Origin: Lingula anatina
Taxonomy: Eukaryota; Animalia; Brachiopoda
NCBI GenBank assembly: GCA_051362555.1
Contig: JBPQGU010000016.1
Span: 1,612,001-1,676,000, forward strand
DNA: 64,000 bases
Reading direction: 5' to 3'
Position numbers and translations under genes: made by a program. The notes beneath the pieces were generated by a model. That model ran no database searches. It saw only the letters and a program-made list of their open reading frames with translations, and was not told the origin of the DNA. Shown in pieces: positions 1 through 12,700 of this stretch (positions are counted from its first letter, which is position 1; each line of letters begins with the position of its first letter).

Positions 1-1166
1 ACATTATGAGCAGTTGTCTAAATATCATAAGAACATGTCAATCAACTAAAGTTACTCAACCAAACACTCCCAGCTCCTTATGTACTCATGTCTTTATTTA
101 CTCATGTCTTTACATTATCTCCCGGGGACGATATGCCTGTCCCTTGGCATATTAAAACTAATGGCGCATGTAGTGACATTTACATCAATTAATTATTCAA
201 TAAATGATTTCGAATATCTTATTGTCTATAGTTACTTATTATTATTTTTTATTTATTTTAATAGCCCCCGTGTTTTATTCATTTACTTATTCATGTTTGT
301 AATTAATTAATATAGAATTACAAACAAACGTGCGTCCGGTTGTGACCGAGGCTTAAGGTTCGATTTTCATTATTACAGAGGAAACGTAAAGTGAATATCA
401 TTAAAAAAAAAAAAAAAAAAAAAAACTTACAAGAGATTGAAAGCTGTGTTTTTGTCTCTTGGTGTTCATTAATTAGCGAAGTCTAGATTATAGGAAGCTC
501 AACGTGTTTTTTTTCTGAAAGCACCCCTTGCAGAGTAAGGGCTACTTGAAGATCAGTAATGGATAGAGATGTAGGCGTCTCGCCTACATACTGTACCATG
601 CAGTTTATCGTTATCTCTGCAATAAGGACATCATTTGGTGCCCTGAAAAGGTCATTTAATGATAAATGGATTGACGTTTCTCGAATGTCAGTAGAGTCTG
701 TTAATCAGTTTTAAACGGGCGTGCTTTGTTTTTTTAAAAATGCCTCTTAATATATTTTTTCTTTTCCTTCACCCTTATGTTATTCGCTTTAAAGTCGCCT
801 CGTTTAGTTTTTAATTGGATCCCTATAATTCCAACTTTAAGGAAATCCATTTCGACTAAATAAGACACTGTGCTTCAACGTTTTATCTGACGCGACCTTG
901 TCAGGAATATTCTACTTCAAATAATTCACCTGTGGCCTGGGACAAATTCGCTCGCCATCCAGTCTCATTTTCTCGTTTTTCTTCAATTTTCTATTTTTTT
1001 ACTCTCTTTGTTTATGGGCAAAGTTAGCAACGAAGCCCTAAAATTATTTTGAGGACATTCCTTGTCAAACATTCAAAACAAGAACGAACATACATCTGTA
1101 AACTGGCCTTTTCAAAAATAAATTTTTATATAAAAGCAAACAAAATATAATATAACAGTTAATTTA

Positions 1167-1397
1167 AGGGTGCTTTCCCAGAGATTAAGATCGATCTAAA
1201 GATTAAGTTTTAGATCGACCTAACTCCCTGGGGGTTCAGGTTAAATTGCAGTCAGCCGAGCGGACACCATAGTTAATTACCCCCTATTAGAGCTTTTAGT
1301 AGGCGGGACAGACGCTTAAGCCGGCCAAGCTGACAGTAATCTAGTGAGACTCCCCACAGGGATAGATCGATCTAAAAATCTATGGAAATGGGGTGTT
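1167..1397. mobile_element. MITE (~230 bp, probably Harbinger/Tourist-like), copy 1
   Basis: Imperfect terminal inverted repeats (gggtgctttcccagagat...atctatggaaatgggg) and an internal tagatcga inverted motif. Related copies lie at ~6400-6613 and 31553-31745. Confidence 0.6.
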
Positions 1398-2068
1398 AGC
1401 CTATGAATCACACACACACACACACACCTCAGTATAAATATTGCAATCACAGTAGTGCAGATAAGGATAGAAAGATAGTTGTTCAACCTTACAGTAAAAA
1501 TACCAAGGAGTATATTTTTTAATGAGTGCTCATCAATTTAATTGTAATGTATGATTAATATTTTCTAATTTCCTTTTAACATGTTTTCTGTATACAGATA
1601 TAAAGTTATAAACAAATAGTTCTGTAGTATGTAACGTATCAACTATATATTTCCATCCCATGTTAGGATTTCTGTTCTCATTTTACATATGCTAATAGAT
1701 TTCTTAATTATTAAGATAGGTACCAGTATTTTTATATCGTATGATTGAATAAGTCCAAACATAAGAATATCCGTGATCTCTCAACCGTGACCACACCTTA
1801 ATTATCTTTTACGGAGCACCCCCCCCCAAAAAAAAAATAAATAAATAAATAAATAAAAAGTTTCCCTAGCAGTGTTGCAAAATTCGTTTTTGATAAAGTA
1901 AAACCCAAGATAAAACCACTGGGATTAAACGTAAAATACGAACAGAGTACCGGAGTTAATAAATTCCCACAATTCCATTGGTAATGCTGAGGTAACATGA
2001 TTTAGCTTGTGACTAAGTGTACAAATGCTTTCAGTTTTCACTTATATTATAGACGGAAATACCACATG

Positions 2069-2178
<110 letters not shown>

Positions 2179-2654
2179 ATTACATAGCTTTGGGATAGAT
2201 GAAAAAGAATGTAAAAATACTTTGGAAAAGTAAAAGAATGCAAAAGTTATAGGTAGGGGAATATTAAAAAAGTGTGGTGCTCTAGCAATTCCCATCCAGA
2301 TGTTCCCCTGTTGCTTTACTATATGTCTACCTCGGTCGTCTTGCCTGTAGTTGTTTGTGAATTTCTGTCTCATGACATTTTGTATTATTTCACTGTGATG
2401 TCACAATAAAACACTGAAAATCTATAATGGAGTTTTTACTGTTAATTGCGTGTGTGCTGTTGATGCATGACATCATTATCGGGATGTTTTTCTGTCTGTG
2501 TGTTCTCCTCGCTGTACTATATTGCATACGCATATTAATAATAAAATCCAACTATTACAACTCGTAGTTTTTTATAAAGCATACATTAAAAGGATTAAAT
2601 ATGAAATAAAGCAACGCACTAATTGATGCAAAATTAATCAGTTAAATATTTTTT

Positions 2655-2885
2655 GTCAGTTTGCGGCAAATTTGCAAGAAAGATTCTTGACAGTTTGCTG
2701 CAAATTTGCAAGAACAGTTCTGAAAAATTTGCTGCAAATTTGTAAGAAACCTGTGGTAGATTCCCTGTTGTCATGCTAATAAATGTTGCGGAGAGTTTGC
2801 AGCAAATTTGCAAGAGACCTAATTTACATGGTAAATTTCCACTTGCAATTTGCTGCAAATTTCAAGCAACTGTTTGCAAGAAGCC
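2655..2885. repeat. Cluster of short ttgc(a/t)gcaaatttg repeats, likely the subterminal region of a non-autonomous DNA transposon
   Basis: Six or more degenerate copies of gcaaatttgc. Weak possible termini ccctagcagtg (1864) and cactaccaggg (~2937). Confidence 0.45.
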
Positions 2886-3072
2886 TAAAATAAATATTCA
2901 ATCAGCAAGCAAGGCCCTGTGTTAACCACTACCAGGGCAGCCGATTAATTTAGATAGTTTATTTCACTGTAACATATGCATCCACTTGTGTGGATGAAAA
3001 TGGCAACATGAATACAATTTTTGTGAATATGTTATTAAACAATCACAATGAGTAAGAATATTTACTTATTTA

Positions 3073-3103
<31 letters not shown>

Positions 3104-3105
<2 letters not shown>

Positions 3106-5192
3106 ACTATTACTACTATTACTCAATTGCCGATGGGTGCAGCACTGTCTTGTAGATCCCTCCTAGCAAAAGCGGAGGAGAGAAACTTAGCTAGTGCAAT
3201 AATGGTTTCTTTTTCTTGACATTTCATAATTATAGTAAATTTTTCATCAGTTCTTTTTAGGCCAAAATGCGTATCGTGTTTTGTAAATACCTTATATAAT
3301 ATTGTGCGCAGGTCGTTGTATAGGGGGCATGTTGTGAGAAAGTGTTTTTCGTCTTCAATTTTGTCTTTAGAACAGTAATGGCATATTTTGTCGGTACGAG
3401 GAGTGTTATTATATCTGCCCGTTTCAATGTGAAGTTTATGCCCACTGGAGCGAAAACGGCTTAGGTTTTTTCTTTTATCAGTATCGTGAAGGTAGTCTAG
3501 ATATTTTTCTTTTTTGAATGTATTTTTGAATTGGCAATATACTCTGGATTTGGAATTGTGCTCAAGCTCACTGTGCCAGTTTTGTACGTACCCACTAATG
3601 ATTCGTTCTCTGAACATACTTAGGAAATTTATGTCGGGATTCTGCTTTAGCCATACATCTCCAAATCCGTTTTCAAACAAGAGTTTCATAATACCTTCAC
3701 TCCATGACAGGTTATCTTCATTCAGATTTGGCAGGCTTTTTGTTGTGAGTAAATTGTAATAATGTAATTCGTCTAGGTATGCTTGTTTGAGTAGGTTGTT
3801 TTCGTCTGTGCGTAATATTTTGAGCCAAAATTTTATTAATTGTATGTTAATTTTTATGTAAACAGGAATCCTTCCTGTCTCTCCTCTTACTGTGTGGTTT
3901 GAAGTTTTTGGGTGAACACCTAAAATTTGTTTACAAAAACTGAGATTTAGCTTTTCCGATGGAGATCTGTCTGTAAGAGGGGTATATCCCCAGACCTCTG
4001 ATCCGTACGTTGCAATTGGCATTATGATTGTATCAAAAAGTTTTTCCTTGAGGGATGATTTAATAGGGCTGGTTAGAGGAAAGTAACTTTTTAGTGCAAA
4101 AAATGCTTTTTGTGCTTTTTCTTTTAATCTTGTTTGAGCTGCAGTGAATTTGCCAGATCTAGTGAAAAGAATTCCTAGGTAGTTGTAGCTAGACGAGATA
4201 GTGAGTAGTTTACCGCCAATGTTAAATTTGTGTTTGCTTTGAGTGGTGCTGTCCGTGATTTTTCCCTTGCTGTTGAAAATGACAACTTGGGTTTTTTTAA
4301 TGTTTATCGAAAGTCTCCATAGTTTACAATACGTTTTTAGACAATCCAGGCTATATTGGAGACCAAATGGGCTTTTCGAAAAGAGAACTAGGTCGTCAGC
4401 ATAGAATAGCCAAGACACCGGTTTGTTAATGATCAGAGGAGGGTCACTTTTTGAATTGTCTATACCTCTTAGTAAATCATCTACAAATAGGTTAAACAAG
4501 AATGGGCTTAGAGTATCCCCTTGCTTAACACCTTTATATGTGGAGAATGAATCGGTGATGCCAGAAGGGGTTTTAACACAAGCCGTTGCATGGCTATACA
4601 TGGTTTTGATATTTCTGTAGAATTTCCCACCAACCCCAAGCTTTAACAGTTTATACAGGAGACCCTCTCTCCAAACACAGTCAAACGCCTTACTGAAGTC
4701 TATAAAACACGTGTACAGCTTTCTTTTAGACCTAGCGAATTTTGTTACAAGTGACTTGAGAATAAATGTGTTGTTTGCAGTACTGTGATTTTCCCTAAAT
4801 CCTGCTTGATGGGGGAGTGGGACGCCCTTCTTTTTGCATTCGCTTTTAAGCCTGGTTAGCAGGAGTGAGTTATATAATTTTCCAACACAACTGGTTATGG
4901 AAATTCCACGATAGTTGTCTGCTTTGCTGGAGTCGCCTGATTTGAATATAGGTATAATAAAACTTTTATTCCAAATATCTGGATATTCTGCTCTGTGGAA
5001 GAAGGCATTAAATAGTTTGTGAAGAATTGGTGCTATTATTGTTTTACTGGATTTATTGTTTCCTAGGGAGTAGATTCCCTTAGTAATTTCCTCTGTGGTT
5101 ATCTCATGATCTAAGAGACTGATATTGTCATTATGTGCATTTTTCACCGGAGAATTGTGCCACGAATTAGCCAGAGGCATATCTTTGAGCAT
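3104..5192 (-). mobile_element. 5'-truncated non-LTR retrotransposon (RTEX-like) with an open 689-aa reverse transcriptase ORF (3123-5192)
   Basis: RT motifs NYRGIS, QAGFR, FIDFSKAFD, GVKQGDTLSPFLFNLF, LFYADDLVL, YLG. C-terminal C-x2-C..EDEKHFL..CPLY zinc finger, followed by a short (TAG/TAA)n tail. No endonuclease domain is present. The clade assignment is inference. Confidence 0.88.
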
Positions 5193-5377
5193 CTAGTGAG
5201 AAACCAATCTGGGTCACTGCTGAAGGGTTACCCGTGGTCCTGTATAGAGTGCTTGTGCAGAAGTTCTGACTTGAACCTGAGCTATTTAATATATGGCGAC
5301 TTATACTGTTTGAACGGACGCCTTCTAACACAACAGGAATATTTCGGCCTACAAGGCTTGGATGGACGTTATGCCTA

Positions 5378-5500
5378 ATAAATGCGCTCTTAAACACAGA
5401 AGATATATGGCGGCCAATAAATGTGCTCTTGAACACAGCAGATATATGGTGGGCAATAAATGCACTCTTGAACACATCAGATATATGGCGGCCAATAAAT
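5378..5500. repeat. 39-bp minisatellite, ~3 copies
   Basis: Unit approximately aataaatgtgctcttgaacacagcagatatatggcggcc. Confidence 0.85.
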
Positions 5501-6399
5501 GTTAAAACGCAAGCTATAAGCGTCAAATATACCTGTGTTTACCTGTATCTCCTTATAATGTATGTTATTTAACAATGAGTTTTTATTTATAGTAGTAAAA
5601 TTTAATGTGCTCAAACATATTATTATTATTATTATTATTAAGCACAGCGCCAGGTGGCGGAAACTACAGGTACCTGTAGGTAATGTTTGTCGAGATCAAT
5701 AGCGCTTTTCTCACATACTCAGATAAAAACGTATCATTCAAGTGATATATTTAAACATGCCTTCAACCTTTTTTATCAGTCTCAAAGTGACACAGGTGAC
5801 ACCGGTTGTTACAAGTGTTATAATAAGAATGATGATAACAGTCTGGAATTTTCGAACGTTTATTCTCCGACTCTCTTTTTTCATAGAATCTACAAATATT
5901 TATACTCTATTTTCCCAAAGAATTTTCCATTCTCATATTACAAAACGCTGTTCAATATTTCCAAATTTAGTAATTTTAGTGAAACTTGTTTTTAATTTAA
6001 AACATTTAAAATATTTCCCAATTACTCATGCTTGGACCTTGTCCATCTCGAGTATGCATGAGTTTTACACGTGTTAGAAAGGTGCAAATCTATAGGAAAA
6101 TTAACCAATCAGATTCAACTATATGTGACTTTGAAATGTTTCATCATTACTTACTTCGAGAACAGTCTATACACTTGTTGACACTTTAAGATTTTTAACT
6201 TGCACTCAACAACTTCCTATACATTTGATTCTGTTTAATTGTTTTGTAATTATCGAAAGTGTATGTCATTTGCTTTGCAACACAAGTGCATATTGAGCGA
6301 GTGCCTTATTTATTTAAACTCTTCCATATACCACCATTTTGTTTCGAGCGGGATACCCAAAGAAATACCACTGGACTTCGTTACATTATTTCGGAATGT

Positions 6400-6613
6400 T
6401 TGGCTGGGTTCCCATGCCTACATCGATCCATCTGGATCTGTCTAACTCCCTGCAGAGTCTCACTAAATTGCTATCCGAATCAGCTAGGGGGTTAAGATAA
6501 TTGCCCCTAACAGCTTTAATAGGCAACAGACAGTTAAGCCGGTTAAGTTGATAGCATTTTAGTGAGACTCCAAAGTGAGATAGATCGGTCCAAATTTCTG
6601 TGGGAATGGTCCC
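6400..6613. mobile_element. MITE copy 2 (family of 1167-1397), ~170 bp upstream of the paralog A start codon
   Basis: Shares ctaactccctg, acagttaagccgg, tagtgagactcc and gatagatcg with 1167-1397. Not present at the matching position upstream of paralog B. Confidence 0.55.
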
Positions 6614-6783
6614 TTTTTAGCAGTTTTTTTTCTCTCACAGCGTCAAGGTCTCTAAACTGTGTCTTTCTTAGTATCACACTCCAATATTTTTAAACAGAAT
6701 TAAAATTCGGAGAGGCAACCTGATGCGATCACGTTATACTTGATATAGCTTCAGGAAAAAAGAAATTTTTCGGATAATTTCAG

Positions 6784-9700
6784 ATGGCGAATAGAAGGCA
6801 TCTCGGCAGTAACTTTGCACGGAATTTAGACGTGGTTCTATTGGGGAACGAAGTTTGTTCCCATGAAGACGCGGTCACTTCGCGATGTCCCTCAGAGCCA
6901 AAGGAAGACAGCGACTGTTTCACCCATAGTGAGAAACCATCGACTTCATCCAGCAACGACGAATCAGACAGAGAGGGAGCCAGTCGGTGGAAAAAATGGT
7001 TCAAAAGAAATCCCAAAAACAGAAAACCACAGGAAGATGTCGAGGCGGTGGAATTGAGAGATCCGCAGGATGGTAAAGGAAATGACGCTGAGAATGCTGT
7101 TTTGTCAAGCGTGGCTGACGGGCAGGGGTTGAACCCGTTACCAAACGAAAACACTTCTACAGGCAGTTTTGATAATATTGACATGGGAGATTCTTATCCC
7201 CAAAACACTTACCCGTCAGATTACTCTATGCAGTCCCCGGGACTTGACGACTCCAACGCCCCTCTTCTGTCACGATCTACCAGAGACAGTTCCAGTAGGA
7301 GTATAGGCCGCAGGCTGGGAGATGCAGGTGGCGCGCCGCATCCTTCCTCCCTTCAAAATGACACGGTAGAATTGGCCAACGAAACCCTCCTCGGCTCAAC
7401 TATAAAGCCTCCTGCTGCTGCTACTCAATATGACCTTTCGCTGCCGTCACCACCACAATCACCACCACCCCCTAGCAAAGACCGGTTTCAGATTTCAAAC
7501 AACCAGACTGCAACGCCGAAGCCAGCAGACCAACTCTCGCCGGAAGAGCCTTGTGCGCCTGTTGAGAACCTGGACGAGGTTGACTTTGCCTCCCCCACTG
7601 GTGCCGCCCCTCACAGTAGGTTACCCACGCATATTGCCGACACTCTTAGTGATGGAGGAAAGTATGGCAATATAGAACCCGTATCTCACAATTCCAGAAC
7701 GAAAGGAACAAAGAGCAAACCATTGGGACCAACGGTCAGTAGAGATATGCTGCAAAGGACAATAGACGACGGGGCAGACATGGACGGGATCAAGCGAGCA
7801 CTAAAGAAGTGGACGTCGTTACCAAAGAAAGATGATCACTATAATCCGATGATACAGGCGGCATTGAAGAACGACATCCAGGTTTGCCAACTACTGAAAG
7901 ACGAGGAGAATTTAAAAATCGCCGACCCTCACGGTTATTTCTGCGACTGTAAACTCGACCAAAGCGACACGCTGAATCATGCGCTTTATCGTGTGAACGC
8001 GTATAGGGCTATGACGTCACCGGCCTATCTTCTCACGAGGAAAGATCCAGTAATGGCGGCTCTGGAGACGAGACAAAAACTGTTCATAATGGCGAAACAG
8101 GATGAAGAGTTCAAGGTATTTTGTGAAAAAAATTGTAAACATTTTGAAAAAAAAATTAAAAAAAGAATATTAAGATACAATCGGTAAGAATGTTTTGAGT
8201 TTGTCTAATAATTTTGACAGAAAGAAACGCTGAATTGTTTGTAAATTTATTTAAGATATTTTTACGGGATATGGCTGGGGGATTTCTGACATTTTCAATG
8301 AAATTTGAATAAGAAGGTGGAGTTCGGATTTGTAAAAAGTGAAAGAAAGTGCAACCACGCACATGTACGCACGCATTCACGCACACGCACACCAACACGC
8401 ACAGTCTGTATTTGACAGTTACAACCACCCAGAAAACACATAACTTTACGATAAAAAAAAGTGTATCAAATTCTAATCAATAGATACCAATAATTGCAAT
8501 GTGAAGTAAATTATCAAAACTATGAATAAATATGCGACTTGAATAATATGCAGCTTTCCCTCCCACGCAGTCAGAATATCTTCAACTGACCGATAAATGC
8601 GAGACGTTTGCCTGGGAGATGTTAGACCTGGTACGAGGGCGAGAGGAGCTGTCTTTGATCCTGGATAAATCAGCCAGTGGCTTTTCAGAATTAGGGCTAG
8701 TGCGAAGAGTTATGGACGAAGGAGCCAAGAAGGTAGGATGTACTGAAGATATTTTCATTTTTCGACAAACACATTTTTATCTCTTGAATGAGGCATTTTA
8801 TTGGGGCCATTCAGAATGAAAAGAGACGAGTGCTAGCTGGGCCACTACCTAAATATGTCGGGCCTACATGAAAGGAAGACCATTAAAATGGTCTTTTAGA
8901 CCGCTTAATGGTCGCTTAATGGTCTCTTCGCCTCTTTCGCGGCTCCCCACGCGTCGTCCCCAGACCGGTTGAATTAAGCCGAGATTTGATTACTGTGCCC
9001 CTGCATGCTGCTCCACTGTGAAGCGGGCTTCAACAATGACTCTGAAGAACAGCGAAAGTGTACGATTTCCGTCAATCAAAAAGAACTGCTCCGCAGAGAA
9101 TCTGCAGTTGAATGTCATTAGACCAAAATGAAACGTAAAACAGATTTAATTCTGCTTTATTTATAATTTCATTAACTGTACCGTATTAAGATGTAAAGTG
9201 AAAAACAAATAATATGTTTTTAAAAGAAAAAAATATATCCAATGTTTTTGTGTTTTTGCTTATCAAAGAACATTTTCTCCTGAATATTTAATCACAATAC
9301 ACGTGTTTGCCGTGTGCCTTAAGCTACACTGTATGCCCTATACCAATATAAGGGCTGCGCAATGGTTAGACCAAAATCAGTTTTTAAAGCAGAATGTTGC
9401 TTGTGTTGTGGAACTGACCTTCGACTGCAAGACATTCTTAGTTTAAACTTCAAACTTCGCGTCAGCCACTTTATTACTTGTCTCGTCTGCACGAGATAAC
9501 GTCAGCGCAAGGCGGGAAAGGCAGCTCCAGGCGGAACAGAGCTGTGACGTACAAAACTTGTGACTTCCAAATAAGGAAGCTCCAGGCGGACACAGCTGTG
9601 ACGTATGAGACTTGTGACTTCCAAATATGGAAGCGCCCCAGGCAGAATTTTGCCGAAGAAGGAACGCCTCCAAGTTGACGGTATTCGCTAGAGTCAGTTT

Positions 9701-12700
9701 TGCTGATACGGGTTATATATGAAATCAAGATCGAGCCGGCAAAACTGAAATCTAGAACCCAGGGTACTGCAGGCACAACGCGTGGAAAAGCATGTGAGAG
9801 GCGGAGAAACATTGCAGGATTAAGCGGTCTTCCTTCCATGTAGGTCCGCCAAATTTAGGTCGGGGCCTAGCTAGCACTGGTCCCTTCTCGTTCTGAATGG
9901 CCTTAGTGTCTCCCGGAAACCTTCATCCGTCCACATTTTGATTCTGTTTCATTTTGATATAGATTTAGTGTTGAAAGAATATTGAAACATCTCAAAAAGT
10001 AAACGGTTGTGTTTGTGGTGCGACCCAAAACACAACCGTTTACTCCTTGATAAAATGGTCCCCATAACAAATTGCATGACTTCTGCATGTTTTAGGAAGG
10101 CGTGTGTTAGTTGAGATTCTGCTGCAGATCTTTATATTTAGTCACTTCAAAAGGTACATGTAGAAACCTGGTATTACCTATGCTTTTTTCGATCATTGGA
10201 GTGTATATTTATCATACTAATAACAAGAAATGACTATGCCATTGGAAACAAACACTTATAAGACGGCAACAGCCTCATCACAGAGAAGCCTCACGTACCC
10301 CCATCCCCATCCTGTCGTTGCTTTAGAGGAAGTGGAGGACACTTTGTAACGTTTTAACACGGTAGAAGTACTATAATACCTAATTTTTATGCCGATGTGT
10401 GACGGACATTGAAAAACCGGAAAGGTAAATCCAACAATTACTATCATTTTGACTGATGTTTAATGAATATTCCATGCAGCATTAAATCAAACACACAGAA
10501 AAAAGATTGATACACTCATAGTCCCTCGACTGATGGCTGCAAAGTCACTTATTTAAAACCGTATTTCAGTTTGTTGCCCACCCATACGTCCAGCGACACT
10601 TGAATATGGTGTTTTATGGCCGCGATCATAATATAAGGCGACGAATGCTGACCACAAACAATTTTCTAAAGACGATCTTCATCGTGCTGGCGTTGCCAAT
10701 TTGGATTCTGCTGTTCTTGACTTACATTCTGTTCGGAGCCTTTGAAACGTTGGAGAAGGTATGTTGAACAGGTGCAATTGTTCACCTGGTTTATTACCAC
10801 ATGTTAAACATTTCCTGAAGCCCTTTTAAGATTTGCACAGGAACACTTTTAAAAATTGGCATGTGTTTATTTTTATTGGCCATGTTAAACGCGTAAGCTG
10901 CGTTAGGGTAATTCTCTTATGTAAAAACCAGTTCCCATTCTCTCAAAGTGCATCGATACAGACGAAGGTGCTTAAGTATGCAATTCGAGGTCCAAAGGGC
11001 ATAAGAAAGTTTTTTTTTTGTTTTGTTTTGAATAGTTTGATTGAACGTTCCTAATTTTCGTTATATTCAATTTCTTATACCATTCAATGAATTCAGTGAA
11101 TCTACTTATACCATTATCTATACCAACTTAAACAATCCTCTTTTGCACTGTGAAAGCACACATGCATACTACTGTAATTTCTAACTTAAATTCATGTCCT
11201 TCACACTATCTAAGTAAAACATGTAAATCTCATATACCTTGTACACTTAGGTGTTCTGCAAAACAACAGTCAACACCCACTGACTTAAACTGACATCTCT
11301 ACGAGGCACAATTTTCTAGCATCTCTGCGCAGCTAACCCTCTTTAACATCACTTGTCGAAAATGACCAAACCTGTCTGGAAAAACCTGCTGAACCTTGGG
11401 CCAGCAACCACGCGGTGCTATTTAATTATGAGTACTAAATCACCAACTTGCAGATTCCTTTTTGGACGCAGCCACTTCTGTCTCCCCTGCATTGTAGGTA
11501 GGTACTCCTTAAGCCAGCGATCCCAGAACTGATTTGCTAGCTGCTGTGCTCTTATTTTTTTCACTTCAGTGAGTACTGCCATCAGAGTCTCATCATCTAC
11601 TAGTCGATTTCCTAGGATAAAACGCAATATATTCCTGATTGATCTAATAATTCCCAAACACCACCTGTATGAATAGCAGATGGAGCATTTAAGGATCACT
11701 GAATATCATTCTGACGAAGATTATCTTCAATTCTGACACAGTCCCACTGCTGCATGAGATAGAAAGTACTAAGTCTTGTTGAAAACGTCGTTTTAGCAGA
11801 TTAATCTGCTTCTTGGTCCTTGACAAATTATTGGACAAACATGGCTGGTCATATTTTCAAGGCAAACCAATCTAGTAGTAGCCATCAATAAACACCACAG
11901 ATCTGTCCATGATATATCTTGCAGGTCTATCTTCCATGGAGAAACTATCTTTAACATCTGCTATGTTATCACTAAGTTCAATCATCCAATTTTGTTCGAG
12001 ATTTGCAGACACAGATTCCATGCACTCTATTGGGGTGCTGCAATTCACTGTTTGATCTAAGTGGATTAAATTGGCAGAAACTGTCTTGGTTTTAGTCCCG
12101 TTTTCACAGACGGGCCCCATAATGGTCTGACCTAAGATCGTATTAATGCCAACTGGCTGTTGTCTCTTTCCACGGCGCTCATCAGTTAACCATTGCACTT
12201 CTGGGACATCACAGCCGATGAGTAATATCTCAACCTTCTTATCTTCTAACTCTTGCATGTTGATATCTTTCAAGTGTGGCCATCATTAATTTGAGCTTAG
12301 CTTTTTAAGTTCAAGTTGCTCTTTCCTTCCATATATGGTCTTCGCAGCATTAACTGTGGTCAACTTGTAATCAACTGGCTCCCCCCCTCAATTCCCAAAC
12401 TTTCAGGTAGGCTCGTTAAACACATACTAGTGTCCGAGACACTATCGAGAAATGCGTATGTGCTGATTTCCTGTCCAGAATATTGAATACACACTCTCAT
12501 GGAAAGATTGGAAGAACAGTTATACGTTGTTGGTGGCATTTCCCGAGGTTTACTGATGACTTCACGGCACCTGCATGTGTTGACATCTTTGGAATGAGAG
12601 TGCACATCTGAAAGACTCTGAGTTGCACTTGGACTCCGATGCATTGCTGTGTAGTGTCGTCAGCCACAACCTCAACTATACACATTCTTTTGCAAAGTGC

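Noticed and set aside
6780-7675. Overlapping and antisense ORFs over the large first exons (also 35825-36780) and over the S6 exons
   Set aside because: They are shadow frames of the channel coding sequence with no independent support.
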